Below are positions 28,601 through 39,563 of a DNA stretch of 64,000 nucleotides, in pieces. The first letter of the stretch is position 1. The number at the start of each line of letters is the position of its first letter. A program made the position numbers and the translations under genes. The notes below the pieces were generated by a model. The model was given only the letters and a program-made list of their open reading frames with translations. It ran no database searches and was not told the origin of the DNA. The DNA comes from a virus, in the IMG/VR virus record IMGVR_UViG_3300020474_002475, positions 53,940-117,939 of that record, one strand, 5' to 3'.

Positions 28601-31600
28601 TAAGTTCTGGAGGTCTTCTTATAAGTGCAAGACTGTTGTCAATTGTTTCTCCATAACTGCATGGATTTAAGTCTGCTAATTTTTGATTAGGTGCGTCTTG
28701 AACAGCTTGTGGTATCTTAAACTCTATATTAGGGTCTGACGATATAAAGTTATATCCTGGTATGTTTGGTTCCCATCCATATTTAATTTGTCCAAGATTG
28801 TCTGTAGGAGTAAAATCATCGGTATCAAAATGTAAAATTAATTCCCAGGAACATAAAGAATTAAAAACACTATCTGATCCTGGTTTAGTAGTTGTGGTAT
28901 CTGTATATGTTTTGCTTGGTAAGTTACTAATGGTGTCCAAACTTGTCATATCATCATCATGAAAGGTCGATATTTGGAGAGTAAAAGTAGTCTCTGAATC
29001 AGGTTTTTCAATTTCTCCTTCTTCTGATGTTATGTCTAAAGCGCCTTGGAAAACAGGCTGATCATAAAATTGAACAAAACTATTAACTGGCAAAAATATA
29101 TCATTATTCTTGATAGCAGTAATGTATTCATCTGCATGAGGATAGCCCGTAGGACTTATAGCAAGAGTTGGTTGTAGCTTTATATAGTTTGTAGTATTAA
29201 CTTTTTGATTGATATTGATCCCAGCGTTAGTATTAAGATTTCTAGGAGTCAGGTGTTTTGAGAATCTATCGGAAAAATGCAACACAGTATCAACCGTATT
29301 GGAATCTACATGTTCTTCATTTAACAAATTCAAAGTATAGGTACCATACCTAGTTAAATTTGTATACTGTAAATGTTCTAAATATTCCGCAATACCACTA
29401 TGGTTCATATAGTTAGAAGGGACATTGACCTTTTCGCTTCTAGAGTTCTTGATTTCTGTCTTTAAGCCCTGATTAGATTTATCAACATTAGACAGAACAG
29501 GAGATGATTTTCTAGACAAAAGAAAGTTAAATGGATCGCTTCTAAAAGTAAATGCCTTCTTTTCCGGTGCGTTACCCTGTATAGTATCTACTAAATCAAA
29601 AGCATCTTGTTCTGGTTCTGTTAGCTTTCGAATTTTTTTACAACTCCTAACATTTAAAGAAATTCTTGTATTTTTTAGATTTACTTGATTTAAAAAGTTT
29701 AATTTAACTTCAATATTTCTAATCTTAGGAAACAGCAGATTACTACCATATATTCTGTCGCCACCATCTCCTGACCCTCCTTTATTTTCTATCCTCCTAC
29801 CTCTAACCCCCATGTCATAACCACCATAGCTTGCTGAAGTAAATTCATCCTGAAGCAAATAATCTTTAGGTTTGTTTAGACCGGGATCACCAAACTGTCT
29901 ATAACCGTGATGCACATCTATTGTATCGTTATCTGTAGTGTCTTGTAAGACCTCAACACTTCCTCCAGGTCTATCCACCATTGTTACATCTAGAGTAGAA
30001 TTTGTCATTGAAATACTTGAAGACTGACTATCTATATCACCTCTTATGGTATTATAAAAACCTTTACCGATAAATGAAAAAGTTGTTCTGTCTCCTGGAT
30101 TAAATTTTAATGCACTGGTTTTATTATGAAAAGGCTCTTTAGTAGTGTTGAAGATAAAACCACTTTCTGGATGAAAAGTTCCTTTACTAAATCTTATATT
30201 CGGATTATTAGCGGGATAATCATTCCTAGAATCTGTATCTGTATATATCTTTGCTTCTCTTAAGTAGCAAACTTTGCTTGCAGCATTTAAAGGATGACCG
30301 AATACAGTATCTACATTTGCTTTGGGAAGAATAAGATCTTTGGTTTTTAAGCCAACAACATCGGTAACTAAAGTATCTTTCATATCAATAGACCCAAAAC
30401 TCATATTAACTCCATAGTCAGATAAGGGTGGCATTGGATGTAAAGTTACCTCACTTTTTCTTATGCCTCTTTTTTGCTTAGGATTATATTCATATTCATT
30501 AAATACATCGGTTTGACCAGGTATGTCTCTATCAAATCGAGTTTCTGTTCTCGCATTTGGCCCCATAATAGTTCTGGTAGTATTATATAATAAATTCCTA
30601 TATACGCTTTTACAACCAGAGTGGTTTCTGTCTCTAAGTCTTTCTAAATTAATTTTATATAATTTTATTACAGTATTATTGGGTCTGTATCTTATGAAAA
30701 ATTCCGTGGCGCTTTCACTAATTTCTTTTACAGGAGAATAGAAAAATTTATTATGCTTGTTTGCGCCGTCTAGTCTGCCTATGTAATACATTCCGTCCAC
30801 CTGACCATCATCATTAGGTGCAGACACACTAGTAGATACAGAAACATAAGAATTACTTTTAACAGGCTGTATAGCACCAAATTTGCTAAACATTAATTGG
30901 GTAATATTGGGAACGAATGATCTGTTATTATCATTAGGGATAATTCTAGCAACAACTCTTCTTCCATCAATAAATTTGTCTAATTCCCCTTCTCTATTTC
31001 TATTAAAAGTCACAGGACTCTTGCTAAAGGTATTATAGTAGTTTGGTGGCACAAAAGCCACTGCCTTATCTACTATTCTCGTACCTGTTTGTTCTTTTGT
31101 AATTGGGTCAATAATCTTTTCTTCAAATTTATAAGCTGGCAACCCGAATTCATCAATCCCTACATTACAACCGGTTTTATTTACTACATAAACATCTACC
31201 GTATCTTTTAGAGCCAATTCTCCTAATGTTACAGTAAGAGCTATTGTAAACTTACCAAATGTTCTAAATTTAAATTTAGGGTTGGGCTCAGTAGCATCTG
31301 AAATTGATAAACCCCTTTGTGGTCCGGATTGTTTGGTCCATTTATATTCTAAACTCCCAATAGAGTAGAAAGGAATAGTGTCTCCGGCTTTATCAAGTAT
31401 CTTTTGAATTAGTGAAAGATCTATTTCATGTTCTATATTAAAAGAACCTGTGGTCAGTCTGTCTACGCCTGGAGCAAAACTGAATCCATTAAATTTTTCT
31501 GGAACACCACATTGAGGATCTGGTATAGTAGCTGGAATATGTATATCAGGACCAGCACTAAAAGAAACATCTTTATCAATCTCATAAAGATCAAACTTTT

Positions 31601-33191
31601 TTGCAATATCAAATAAAGGGATATTATACTTTTTGCTCGCTTCTCCTTTTTCATTAACAACAATCCTATATTCCGTTTTTTTATTATTAAAATTTGTTTC
31701 AAATCTGTAGCCACTATTTCTTCCAGACCTAAAGTCTAATGACATGTTATTATATACAAGATCGTTTGATAAACCTTTAGAACAATGATTTGTCATAACT
31801 TGATTTATATATATATTAGGTTCTATTGATTCTTTGTAAGTAATTTTAGAGTTGTTACTTATTAAAATATGAGGATTATATTTATACATCAATTTATTAA
31901 ATAGGTCTGCAGGATTATTAATAAATCCATAAATAGAATTAGAATGATCAGGATCTACAGTTACTTGATTATTAGAATGCTCCTCACCAGATATAGATAT
32001 TCCTGCAAAGAAATCTCTATTTATATCTCGCAATAAATTCATTTCATCATTATCGTTTTTTATAGGCATTACCGGCTTTGGATTGCCTTCTTCGTCTTCG
32101 GTTTGTTGTAAAGCTTTGTATATTTTTAGCACTTGTGGACCGGGTGTAGAAAAACACTCTTGTGTAATCCTGTCTCGTAATGGATGGGTAGCAAAAAAAC
32201 CAGCTATTTTACGTAAAATTTTAGCCTGACTACTTGAAAATCGTTTTCCTTTATAGGCACCTACTGCATCCAAACCTCTTTTTGAATATTTTTCGTTCTT
32301 ACGAAAATCCCAAGGAACACCGATATGATTATCGTTCCGTCCATTCATTATATCATACATACTCTTAGACAATACGTTATAAATATGTTGATAATCTTTC
32401 CAGAGTGTTGCCGAAATAAAGGTATCAGAACCGAAACCTTTTGCATTAAGCTCGTCTTGTACAGTATTGCTCTCATAGTGTGAAAAAAAGTCTCCATCAG
32501 AAATATAAAGCTGCGCACCTGTTCCCTTTTTTTGATTAAGGGACAAAGAATTATAATCTGGGCTAACAGAATCGTCTCCGGGAAAAGCAGACATAGAAAA
32601 AAACTTAGTATCAGAATCTCCATATACATTAATAAAAGTATCGTCATTATGCTTTATAATGCAATCATTTGTGCCAAAATCATAAGATTTGCCGCTGAGA
32701 GAATTAGCGCTAAAAGATGAAACAACATTAAATTTAATGTTTGATGGACCCAACAGAAAAGAATATATTTGAGGATATTTTATCCATCCAAGTAAACCAT
32801 AAGCAGGATGATTAGGAAAATTAGCATCTGTTAATACCCAGTCTACTACCATGCTGTTTGTAAGCTTCCAGGTATTGCATTTGGGTGCAAAGCTCATAAA
32901 TCTTTCGATACCTAATTGATTGTCTAAAGGTACTGAAAAATTTCTATTAACTTTTTTAGTTACAATTCTACTAGTGCTTCTAGAGATAAATATAGGCTGC
33001 CATATTTCTGCACTAGTATCGACACGGCTAGTCTTTATAGCTCTTCGTAAACGACTATAATTAAAACTAACAGTATTTTCGCTACCATCTCCGTAATCTA
33101 AAAATAGACTATTGTCTTTGGATAGTCGCAAAGTGTATGGCGAAAGATCGTCAGAAAAAGATTTATCTGTGAGGGTGCATCTAGAAGACAT
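25653..33191 (-). CDS. giant (2512 aa) putative virion/tail-tip protein
   Basis: PKD-like segment (YKWTKQSGP..FTIALTVT), P-domain-like strands, internal hydrophobic Gly/Ala segment; located in the structural arm. Confidence 0.6.
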   Translation of the reverse strand: MSSRCTLTDKSFSDDLSPYTLRLSKDNSLFLDYGDGSENTVSFNYSRLRRAIKTSRVDTSAEIWQPIFISRSTSRIVTKKVNRNFSVPLDNQLGIERFMSFAPKCNTWKLTNSMVVDWVLTDANFPNHPAYGLLGWIKYPQIYSFLLGPSNIKFNVVSSFSANSLSGKSYDFGTNDCIIKHNDDTFINVYGDSDTKFFSMSAFPGDDSVSPDYNSLSLNQKKGTGAQLYISDGDFFSHYESNTVQDELNAKGFGSDTFISATLWKDYQHIYNVLSKSMYDIMNGRNDNHIGVPWDFRKNEKYSKRGLDAVGAYKGKRFSSSQAKILRKIAGFFATHPLRDRITQECFSTPGPQVLKIYKALQQTEDEEGNPKPVMPIKNDNDEMNLLRDINRDFFAGISISGEEHSNNQVTVDPDHSNSIYGFINNPADLFNKLMYKYNPHILISNNSKITYKESIEPNIYINQVMTNHCSKGLSNDLVYNNMSLDFRSGRNSGYRFETNFNNKKTEYRIVVNEKGEASKKYNIPLFDIAKKFDLYEIDKDVSFSAGPDIHIPATIPDPQCGVPEKFNGFSFAPGVDRLTTGSFNIEHEIDLSLIQKILDKAGDTIPFYSIGSLEYKWTKQSGPQRGLSISDATEPNPKFKFRTFGKFTIALTVTLGELALKDTVDVYVVNKTGCNVGIDEFGLPAYKFEEKIIDPITKEQTGTRIVDKAVAFVPPNYYNTFSKSPVTFNRNREGELDKFIDGRRVVARIIPNDNNRSFVPNITQLMFSKFGAIQPVKSNSYVSVSTSVSAPNDDGQVDGMYYIGRLDGANKHNKFFYSPVKEISESATEFFIRYRPNNTVIKLYKINLERLRDRNHSGCKSVYRNLLYNTTRTIMGPNARTETRFDRDIPGQTDVFNEYEYNPKQKRGIRKSEVTLHPMPPLSDYGVNMSFGSIDMKDTLVTDVVGLKTKDLILPKANVDTVFGHPLNAASKVCYLREAKIYTDTDSRNDYPANNPNIRFSKGTFHPESGFIFNTTKEPFHNKTSALKFNPGDRTTFSFIGKGFYNTIRGDIDSQSSSISMTNSTLDVTMVDRPGGSVEVLQDTTDNDTIDVHHGYRQFGDPGLNKPKDYLLQDEFTSASYGGYDMGVRGRRIENKGGSGDGGDRIYGSNLLFPKIRNIEVKLNFLNQVNLKNTRISLNVRSCKKIRKLTEPEQDAFDLVDTIQGNAPEKKAFTFRSDPFNFLLSRKSSPVLSNVDKSNQGLKTEIKNSRSEKVNVPSNYMNHSGIAEYLEHLQYTNLTRYGTYTLNLLNEEHVDSNTVDTVLHFSDRFSKHLTPRNLNTNAGININQKVNTTNYIKLQPTLAISPTGYPHADEYITAIKNNDIFLPVNSFVQFYDQPVFQGALDITSEEGEIEKPDSETTFTLQISTFHDDDMTSLDTISNLPSKTYTDTTTTKPGSDSVFNSLCSWELILHFDTDDFTPTDNLGQIKYGWEPNIPGYNFISSDPNIEFKIPQAVQDAPNQKLADLNPCSYGETIDNSLALIRRPPELRFPSELIALGLAALTVGALGGIIGLSVGFGAFLSAMAGITRFLSSIKRARVAAALKEAFVRSVYTKRGFGGHDKILLQVGANGPFVYDVEAAIYKYSNTPLLKRKIRKYVKTNTIPELSVFPVVEEVRKLQDLFTGNVFSGMGAIEEQSLNIVNSEGLIINKLPAEGGLVDFNDNLYVAKQEGWELLNNTNIPLPVLCQNNVLSLDLRRLNNMCLIAGTRAYNYFQVGNTVQTLSGDEYIVKARGKILKDKKEYTVLEFVTNRPGAGQEIILKPEEDFNIIIWSDKESDHYNSRNPATPPGNTLFPKGAYGSATPVINSTTYSNQLQVNDVPTIFDIFNNQECNVKPNNRITLFSASSKYADRIETRKADRNFAYNLGGSDIVNNSKKEQGTVLQGMANGPTHSLTAGYSYNIYNILDPKDRLSSDYIYSTKDNNDSSVFNTPQGHGGSPWENISNNRSEKLEVPVTRDTVGPNNFEHLLNNVHNNGPDSPNIVELNNSDFKDIDNNGYLCVEGDYEFSYAYNLGVAIGKQSVTPVSFGNDASQFILSRLKFLDQQDAEFDEDTLYKNMSIAFLKRLVNTLPEDAAACFSASDYVVANRAKKCQKFNARNELSNLTNERNQLLNILDTVGIIYEPETYNVIYTPYGNADIRYHGTIIFNSTDNFEPIKIISYANTDIPSYWINIDPHQKCKTSKDSSIKILVEAKYTCFPTTAVVAGDLGVIPVLDQDAQNVCPSQARGFQSPEIIFDNAGNVFTYEVQLNEIARQKVDYNAKYGIGANQWEEITFPGPRMADGGGTATRSFFIRPDTNRSDILVEVTEKYLVPNEDFFDNYAGEKRDSDGNRLYRKAYQEYQGKVKDIIPESVLESDNLVCRSKVIPRKLRKLDTHYERYGADYNGNLEKVLPSIGPGGPFSNVLALWHCIDTNQLKHVPVPDYFKIKNEMIIRSYFGSKDNLEHIDDLDESKDPFEWIPYEYDPGYEVED

Positions 33192-33206
33192 TTTATCCTA
33201 TTAAAT

Positions 33207-36200
33207 TTAATTACTTGATATTAAAATCCACTTACCACCATTATAATTAAAAAATCCAGTATTCCCAACTCGAATACCTAACTTATTTTCAAAATTAACT
33301 TTCATAGTTGGCATACTTCCAGCCGCTTTGCCTTGAGCATAGCTCATTTCTATTGTGGCTAAATTACCTATAATGGTACCAAATGCGGTATATGATGGTT
33401 TAGACACTGGCTCATAAAAACCAGAATCACTATCATATCTACATAAAAATTTAGCACCTCTAGGTGCAGTCCAACCGCTTTTATCTTTTACATATACTAA
33501 TCTTCTAGAGCCAACAGGCAACGGCTCTACACTATATTCTAATTCGTCTAAATAGCCTCTAGCAGCAAAAGTTTCATCGTAATGATCTGCTGGCTTAATT
33601 AAATCTTCTTCTAAAGTAATGTATACCATTTTATATAAACTAGCAGCAGATGGAACTGACCAAACTTTTCTTTTAGTATCCCATCTTAAATCTACTGGTC
33701 CTACAGGCCATAAATCAGGTCTTTCCCCAAAATTTAAATAGAACTCATTTAGTCTGGTTTTTTTACTCCAGCTTTTGCCATCCCACGCTTGGGTTTTACT
33801 AATAATATCTCCTTGAAAGCCAACAGTTCTATCACCACTATAATCATCAGATATTACAAAACCTCCTGCGTTTTCCATATTATTTTCATAAGTATAATAT
33901 GTTACATTAGTATCATCTGCTGGAACAGCAGACTCTTCTCCTTTAACAAGTAGTTCGCGGCCAGAACTATAAACTCCACCAAATGGAACGTCTTGATATT
34001 TTACATCTTGACTAGTTTTTATTTTAAGTGCAAATCTTTTAGGTCTACCAATACTATCTATTTCATAAGGCTCTTCTGCTGCATTTGGCACAGGGAAACC
34101 GTCACTGTCGTATCCCCAAGCATGCATAGTTAATGGTCCCCTAAGACCCAAAAATCTTTGATTCATTTGATAATTAGGTAATATAGGTATAGATCCTGTA
34201 TCTCTATTGTCTGTTATATCTTTTAGTTGTAAATCTTCATTATAAAAATCTGCCTGATGACCATCCTTAAAATCATATACGTTATCTGTAATGGTTAAAT
34301 TCTCTTGAGGAATAGCTCCTCTGGCTACTATCTCTATACTATGTCTACATCTATCATAAAAAGGTCTTTCTTTACCAGCTAATTTTAGAGAGTCATGTTT
34401 TCCGTCTGGATGAGCCCCTTGGTAGTTTTGAGTATTGCTGTTTCTAAATTGTCCTTTAGAAACAAGAATTGGATTTAGTGTCAATAAATTAATAGCAGAA
34501 TTACCTGAAGTATTACTGGAACTGCTACCTCCAGTTCCTAAGCTCTTGAATTGTTCCAGTACGTTTAATGTAGATAAATTAGTAATAATATAAGGAGGAA
34601 GTGTTTCGGAAGATTGTCCTGTGGCAGTACTAGATAAGGTATATTTTAATTTTTTATCTTTTCTTTCACATTTATCGCAATATACAAAATCAACAAAATT
34701 TGAAGTATTTCCATCTGTGTAATACTTATATTCGCTTTTTATTTTTTTTGTACCTTTACAAAAGGGACAGGTGTCTAGATCATATTTAGAGTAACTATAA
34801 GTGCTGTTTTTGTGAGTAGGATAAAACGATACAGGAGACAGTAAACCATCAAGACTCATAGCGGACTGCATGCCATAATTTTCGCCTAATTGTGCCCTGA
34901 CTTCTTTAAGTTCGTGCATACCAACATCTGTCCTATATCTCAAATTGTTTAACATCATAGGAATATGTGATTGGGTATTTTCCAATAAGTCTTCTGGTTT
35001 AGCGGATTCATTATCTCCAACATCTTCTGATTTTGGCAAACTGTAATTTTTGGATGCTTCTCCTCGAACCGCAAAACCTTCAGGTTCTACGTATAAAGAA
35101 GATGGAGGTATATAATCTGGCTGAACATCTAAAGATTTTAAAAATGGAGAAGCTTGTCCAATAAAAACAGTAGTAGGACTCCAACCAAAAAGCTTACTAC
35201 TAAAACCAATACTATCGAAATATGAATTTGCTTCCCCCAGCCTTTTGTCTTCTCGTATTTTAAATTGACTTATTTCTGTATTTACAGCCTGCTGTCTGAC
35301 ACTAGCTATTTGTTTATCTCTTTGTACAAGTTCTTTTCCTTGTTTTGTAATTTTGTCTATTTCTGTTTTATTAAAAAGTCCTAATTTTTTTGTGTATGTT
35401 CTTAATGAATAAGTACTAGTAATACCCTGATTGCCTATATTTACCTGTATGTTGGTAATAACCGTTTGAGGTTTTGCTATCTGTGTATCTAGTCTTATAG
35501 TTTCGTATGTTACATCTACATTATTGTTCACTACGGGTTTAGCAGAACTTAAACTAGAACCAAAACTATTAGCGAAACCTATCTCAGAAAAATTTGATAA
35601 TGAATTAGTATTACTTTTAACATCCGTATAAGAATACTGGCTTCTTCCAATATATTTACTAAAATCTACAGACACATTATTAAAACTATCTAAATCAAAA
35701 TTGCCACCTAGATCAAATATTGGCAATCCTGGCATTTGTATCTGAGCTGATTCTATAGTATTCTGATAATTTAATTTAGAATAAGCCTTAATATTGGCTA
35801 TTTTATCCATAAAGGGTGCTCCTCCAAAATTCCATGGAGTCAATTCTTCATCGATTTCTACAGAAGTAGCGCCTATAAAATTATCTATAAGATTTTTAGC
35901 CTGTTCGGTATCAACTGATATATCTGTTGAAGTACAAGTATAAGGTAATTCATTACTTAATTTAATATCTTGACCACCAGGAAATATAGAATCGGGATTT
36001 CGCAAATAATCAACATAGACATTATTAGACCAAGGACCATAAACATAATTATTCATTTTAATTGGTATGCCAGCAAAAAACGGATGAGCAGCTTTAGGGG
36101 CTATTTCAACATGATTAGCAGACTCCTCTGTATCAACGGCATAATTGCCTTTAAAAATGTTAGCAAATGTAGGACTAACAAAATATAATAAATAGGCTAT

Positions 36201-39200
36201 AAATTCATAATCCCAATATTGTTCATTTGTTGTTTTTAAGTACAGTATTAAGTCTTCACTAGAAACATTACTAATAACAGTTCTATTAGGATCTTTTTTA
36301 TATTGAGAACTGCTGGTATTTAAACTTAATCCTGGAGAAACAACTATAGCTTTTGGGAAAAATAAACTTTCAGGTTCAATATATCTCACTAAAGGATCTA
36401 CTTGAGCTTTAACATATAGCTTCTTCATAGTTGTATCATTTATGGGATTCCCCCAAGCGTCTCTAACTGTAGTTTCTTCAAATTCATATTGCGATTGAAA
36501 TTCTTGAGATTCTCCCGGTTTGTCTTGGCTACTTTTAATAATACTCATATCCTGAGTAGGATTGCTGAGAGCCAATATAGGGTCAGGTAATTGACCATTG
36601 CCAGTAACATTTAGATTAACATAGTCAGTAGTAGGTAATGAGGATATATTTATACTGTTAAATATAAAACCATTATCAGGACAAGCGGTTTCTCTTAAAT
36701 TAAGTATTTCATCAAAAACCTGATAACTCCATGCGGGATTTATTTTTTGATCATCCATATCCGCAAGGTTATTATTATATACTTTTTGAGCAAACTCACA
36801 CATCTCTTTTTTAGTATAATCAAAATACTTATTAGAATTATAACCAAGTATCGTACCTATCTTTCCGTCTTTCTCGGCTAGTGCATAATAATTACTTCCT
36901 CCTACGGCAATACTATCATCAATAATATTACCAGGTTCTTCCCAAGCCCCTTCTGATACTGGCTGATAATTATAATATATATCTCCCCCACCCTGAAAAA
37001 CCAAGCTATCTCCTGCTTGTGTCGGTAATGTTAAATAGCTGTATTGTTGATCTTTATACGATGATAAATTAGGCAAAGATACCATATATTGCTTACCGTA
37101 GTAACTAGCTACTTGCTGTACATAAGTATGCAATAGTTGATAATCTTGTAAAGATTTCTGATCTATATAACTAGCTCCATCATTTTTGGCTGGAGCAATT
37201 TCAATTGGTTGACCAAATGGACCAGCTATGTTTCCATGAATAGATCTCCAAAACCAATCGTATTTTTTATTAGCCATCTCAAGAGCTTTGCCAGCGCCTA
37301 TGCCCTCTGATAACAATTTATTATAGTATTTATTTCTATGTCCAAGTCTTAATGCTTCTAATAAATCTGGCCTATACTGTTTAGCAAGAGAATATACTAA
37401 AAAATTATCAAAACCAGCTAGTGCAGCTCTAATTTCGCTTTCACTAAGTAATACATATCCCACCCCTCCTGCAATAATTGTTGGCTGTAAAGGTATGCTT
37501 ATCTGAGGAAATTCAGAAACTTGTATTAACACACATATTTGTCCTGTCCACGTATCTAAATATACTGGTCTAATTTTTCTAAAATCTGTATTCTTTTCCG
37601 ATACATCTAATTTTAACTCTTCGTCTTTAACATAACCAAAGAATGGACATATAGCGTCTTTAAACAAAGGGAAGAATCTTAAGCTTTGTCCCATGACTGA
37701 GCCGTTATTAAATTTAAAGTTGTCAGCAGAGTTGGGGTCATTAGATTCTATAGGGTCTGATTGCAACGCAGTTATACTGTTATAATAGTTTCCAGCATTT
37801 TGAGCAGCCTGCCGAGAGCCAAGTACATCAGCGTCTGAATAGCCACCATCTATAGTGTCAAAATTATTGCCTGCAATTGAATTGGCTATACTCTCGTTGG
37901 CACTATATAAATCTGTTTGATTGGGATTTATGTGTTTTGAGACTATAGGATTGTTAGTAGAAAATGCAGAAGGAAACCGATATTTACCGTGGTGGAATCT
38001 GTTTAGATTTCCTGGATTGTTGCCTAATGCGTCATAGTTTACGAACTCTCTGGTTCTGCTATTAAAAATTAAATTAGTTTGAGTATAAGCAAGTCTTGTA
38101 CTTTTAACCTGTAATAATCTTTGCTGATTGCCGCCTATTACAACGCTTTTTAAATTTTTATCATTTTTTTCTTTACCGTATGAAGCAGAAGATACATTAA
38201 ATCCTTCACACAATAACTTTTTGACTGTATTCGGTATTTTATTAGCTACTGGTTGACTATTTCTAGATATCAACTTCAATTTAATTACATTGAAAATTCC
38301 TGTAGAAGTAGTGACAGGATTTAAATCTATTGTAAAATCATATCCAGACTCTTCCGTTACTTTTGTAATGAAGTCAGTAATACTTATAACCGGTTCTATC
38401 ATGCGGAAGTCGTCTGGTATTACAGAATGTCTTAACTGTTGCAATTCGCTTAGATCTAATACAAATTGACATCTATCAACACCATCAGCAAAAGTTCTGC
38501 TTGGCGGCACTATACCAAAAGTATTAAAACTAGATGAGATATTTTGGAAAGTATCAGTCGTCTGAGGTGTTTTGGTTAGTATTCTAAAAAAGGGAGAAAA
38601 CGCACTTTTAGGGGCATAGCCGCTTTGAATGCTACTAAAACCATTTTCTCCAGCATTACTAGTTAATACAGCCAAAGCATTTATAATGGCATTAACAGAT
38701 ATCCCCTTATCGTTTCTATTAGCTGCTCCGAATGATCCAACACCAAAAGAGTCCATAAAACCGTAAACATTAAATACGTTGGGAATATTACCGTTATATA
38801 ATCTGCCAGTATAATCTACATTATCACCGACCCAATTTCTAGGACCTCCATAAAAACTTTCAGCGCCCTTAATTTTACTATATACAGCACCAGAAAATTT
38901 ATCTAAAATCATATAACAATTAGATAAAACACTTTTCATATCTTCAATCGTAACACTAATAGTGTCTCCAGATTCAGATTGGTTTCTTGTCCAACTTTGT
39001 ATTATACCTCCAAAAGAAAAGTCTCCGGCTTTAAAAAATACAGGACAATTTATAATATCATAACCAGGATTCAAATTAGTTTGATTCTGTTGAAAGATAT
39101 TAATATAAGAACCGTCCCTATTAAGCCTATTTGTTGTGCCTAAAAATCCAGGATCTGGATTAAACCAATATTCTGACAAAAAACAGTTTGTTTTGCCACT

Positions 39201-39563
39201 GTTAGGAATTACAGAAGGATTAGCATGAAATTTGTAGTATACTTTTCCTAATGTTTGCCTGTCTCTTTGATCATAAATAGACGAATCGAAAGGAGTACCG
39301 TCTCGCAACATATAACAATTATCGCCAATACAATCATGATAATGATTACTTGGTAGTTCTCCTCCTTGATAATTAGCAAATTGTGACGCTATAGGAGCTC
39401 CATTGGCATCACAAAAACTAGAAACCTTATCTTCAATCAAGTTTACACTGAGCTGAGATGGTTGGCTACCCCAACCTAAACTAATATTAAAGTTAGATAC
39501 ACTTGCTCCTAAAAACAATGTTTGGGCAATTTTTTTATCTATATTACATTTTTGCGTAGGCAT
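33207..39563 (-). CDS. giant (2118 aa) putative baseplate-hub/tail protein
   Basis: N-terminal FLGASVSNFNISLGWGSQPSQLSVNLIED...FGGIIQSW...ISVTIED beta-strand pattern; CPFC..CDKC; function inferred from context. Confidence 0.55.
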   Translation of the reverse strand: MPTQKCNIDKKIAQTLFLGASVSNFNISLGWGSQPSQLSVNLIEDKVSSFCDANGAPIASQFANYQGGELPSNHYHDCIGDNCYMLRDGTPFDSSIYDQRDRQTLGKVYYKFHANPSVIPNSGKTNCFLSEYWFNPDPGFLGTTNRLNRDGSYINIFQQNQTNLNPGYDIINCPVFFKAGDFSFGGIIQSWTRNQSESGDTISVTIEDMKSVLSNCYMILDKFSGAVYSKIKGAESFYGGPRNWVGDNVDYTGRLYNGNIPNVFNVYGFMDSFGVGSFGAANRNDKGISVNAIINALAVLTSNAGENGFSSIQSGYAPKSAFSPFFRILTKTPQTTDTFQNISSSFNTFGIVPPSRTFADGVDRCQFVLDLSELQQLRHSVIPDDFRMIEPVISITDFITKVTEESGYDFTIDLNPVTTSTGIFNVIKLKLISRNSQPVANKIPNTVKKLLCEGFNVSSASYGKEKNDKNLKSVVIGGNQQRLLQVKSTRLAYTQTNLIFNSRTREFVNYDALGNNPGNLNRFHHGKYRFPSAFSTNNPIVSKHINPNQTDLYSANESIANSIAGNNFDTIDGGYSDADVLGSRQAAQNAGNYYNSITALQSDPIESNDPNSADNFKFNNGSVMGQSLRFFPLFKDAICPFFGYVKDEELKLDVSEKNTDFRKIRPVYLDTWTGQICVLIQVSEFPQISIPLQPTIIAGGVGYVLLSESEIRAALAGFDNFLVYSLAKQYRPDLLEALRLGHRNKYYNKLLSEGIGAGKALEMANKKYDWFWRSIHGNIAGPFGQPIEIAPAKNDGASYIDQKSLQDYQLLHTYVQQVASYYGKQYMVSLPNLSSYKDQQYSYLTLPTQAGDSLVFQGGGDIYYNYQPVSEGAWEEPGNIIDDSIAVGGSNYYALAEKDGKIGTILGYNSNKYFDYTKKEMCEFAQKVYNNNLADMDDQKINPAWSYQVFDEILNLRETACPDNGFIFNSINISSLPTTDYVNLNVTGNGQLPDPILALSNPTQDMSIIKSSQDKPGESQEFQSQYEFEETTVRDAWGNPINDTTMKKLYVKAQVDPLVRYIEPESLFFPKAIVVSPGLSLNTSSSQYKKDPNRTVISNVSSEDLILYLKTTNEQYWDYEFIAYLLYFVSPTFANIFKGNYAVDTEESANHVEIAPKAAHPFFAGIPIKMNNYVYGPWSNNVYVDYLRNPDSIFPGGQDIKLSNELPYTCTSTDISVDTEQAKNLIDNFIGATSVEIDEELTPWNFGGAPFMDKIANIKAYSKLNYQNTIESAQIQMPGLPIFDLGGNFDLDSFNNVSVDFSKYIGRSQYSYTDVKSNTNSLSNFSEIGFANSFGSSLSSAKPVVNNNVDVTYETIRLDTQIAKPQTVITNIQVNIGNQGITSTYSLRTYTKKLGLFNKTEIDKITKQGKELVQRDKQIASVRQQAVNTEISQFKIREDKRLGEANSYFDSIGFSSKLFGWSPTTVFIGQASPFLKSLDVQPDYIPPSSLYVEPEGFAVRGEASKNYSLPKSEDVGDNESAKPEDLLENTQSHIPMMLNNLRYRTDVGMHELKEVRAQLGENYGMQSAMSLDGLLSPVSFYPTHKNSTYSYSKYDLDTCPFCKGTKKIKSEYKYYTDGNTSNFVDFVYCDKCERKDKKLKYTLSSTATGQSSETLPPYIITNLSTLNVLEQFKSLGTGGSSSSNTSGNSAINLLTLNPILVSKGQFRNSNTQNYQGAHPDGKHDSLKLAGKERPFYDRCRHSIEIVARGAIPQENLTITDNVYDFKDGHQADFYNEDLQLKDITDNRDTGSIPILPNYQMNQRFLGLRGPLTMHAWGYDSDGFPVPNAAEEPYEIDSIGRPKRFALKIKTSQDVKYQDVPFGGVYSSGRELLVKGEESAVPADDTNVTYYTYENNMENAGGFVISDDYSGDRTVGFQGDIISKTQAWDGKSWSKKTRLNEFYLNFGERPDLWPVGPVDLRWDTKRKVWSVPSAASLYKMVYITLEEDLIKPADHYDETFAARGYLDELEYSVEPLPVGSRRLVYVKDKSGWTAPRGAKFLCRYDSDSGFYEPVSKPSYTAFGTIIGNLATIEMSYAQGKAAGSMPTMKVNFENKLGIRVGNTGFFNYNGGKWILISSN

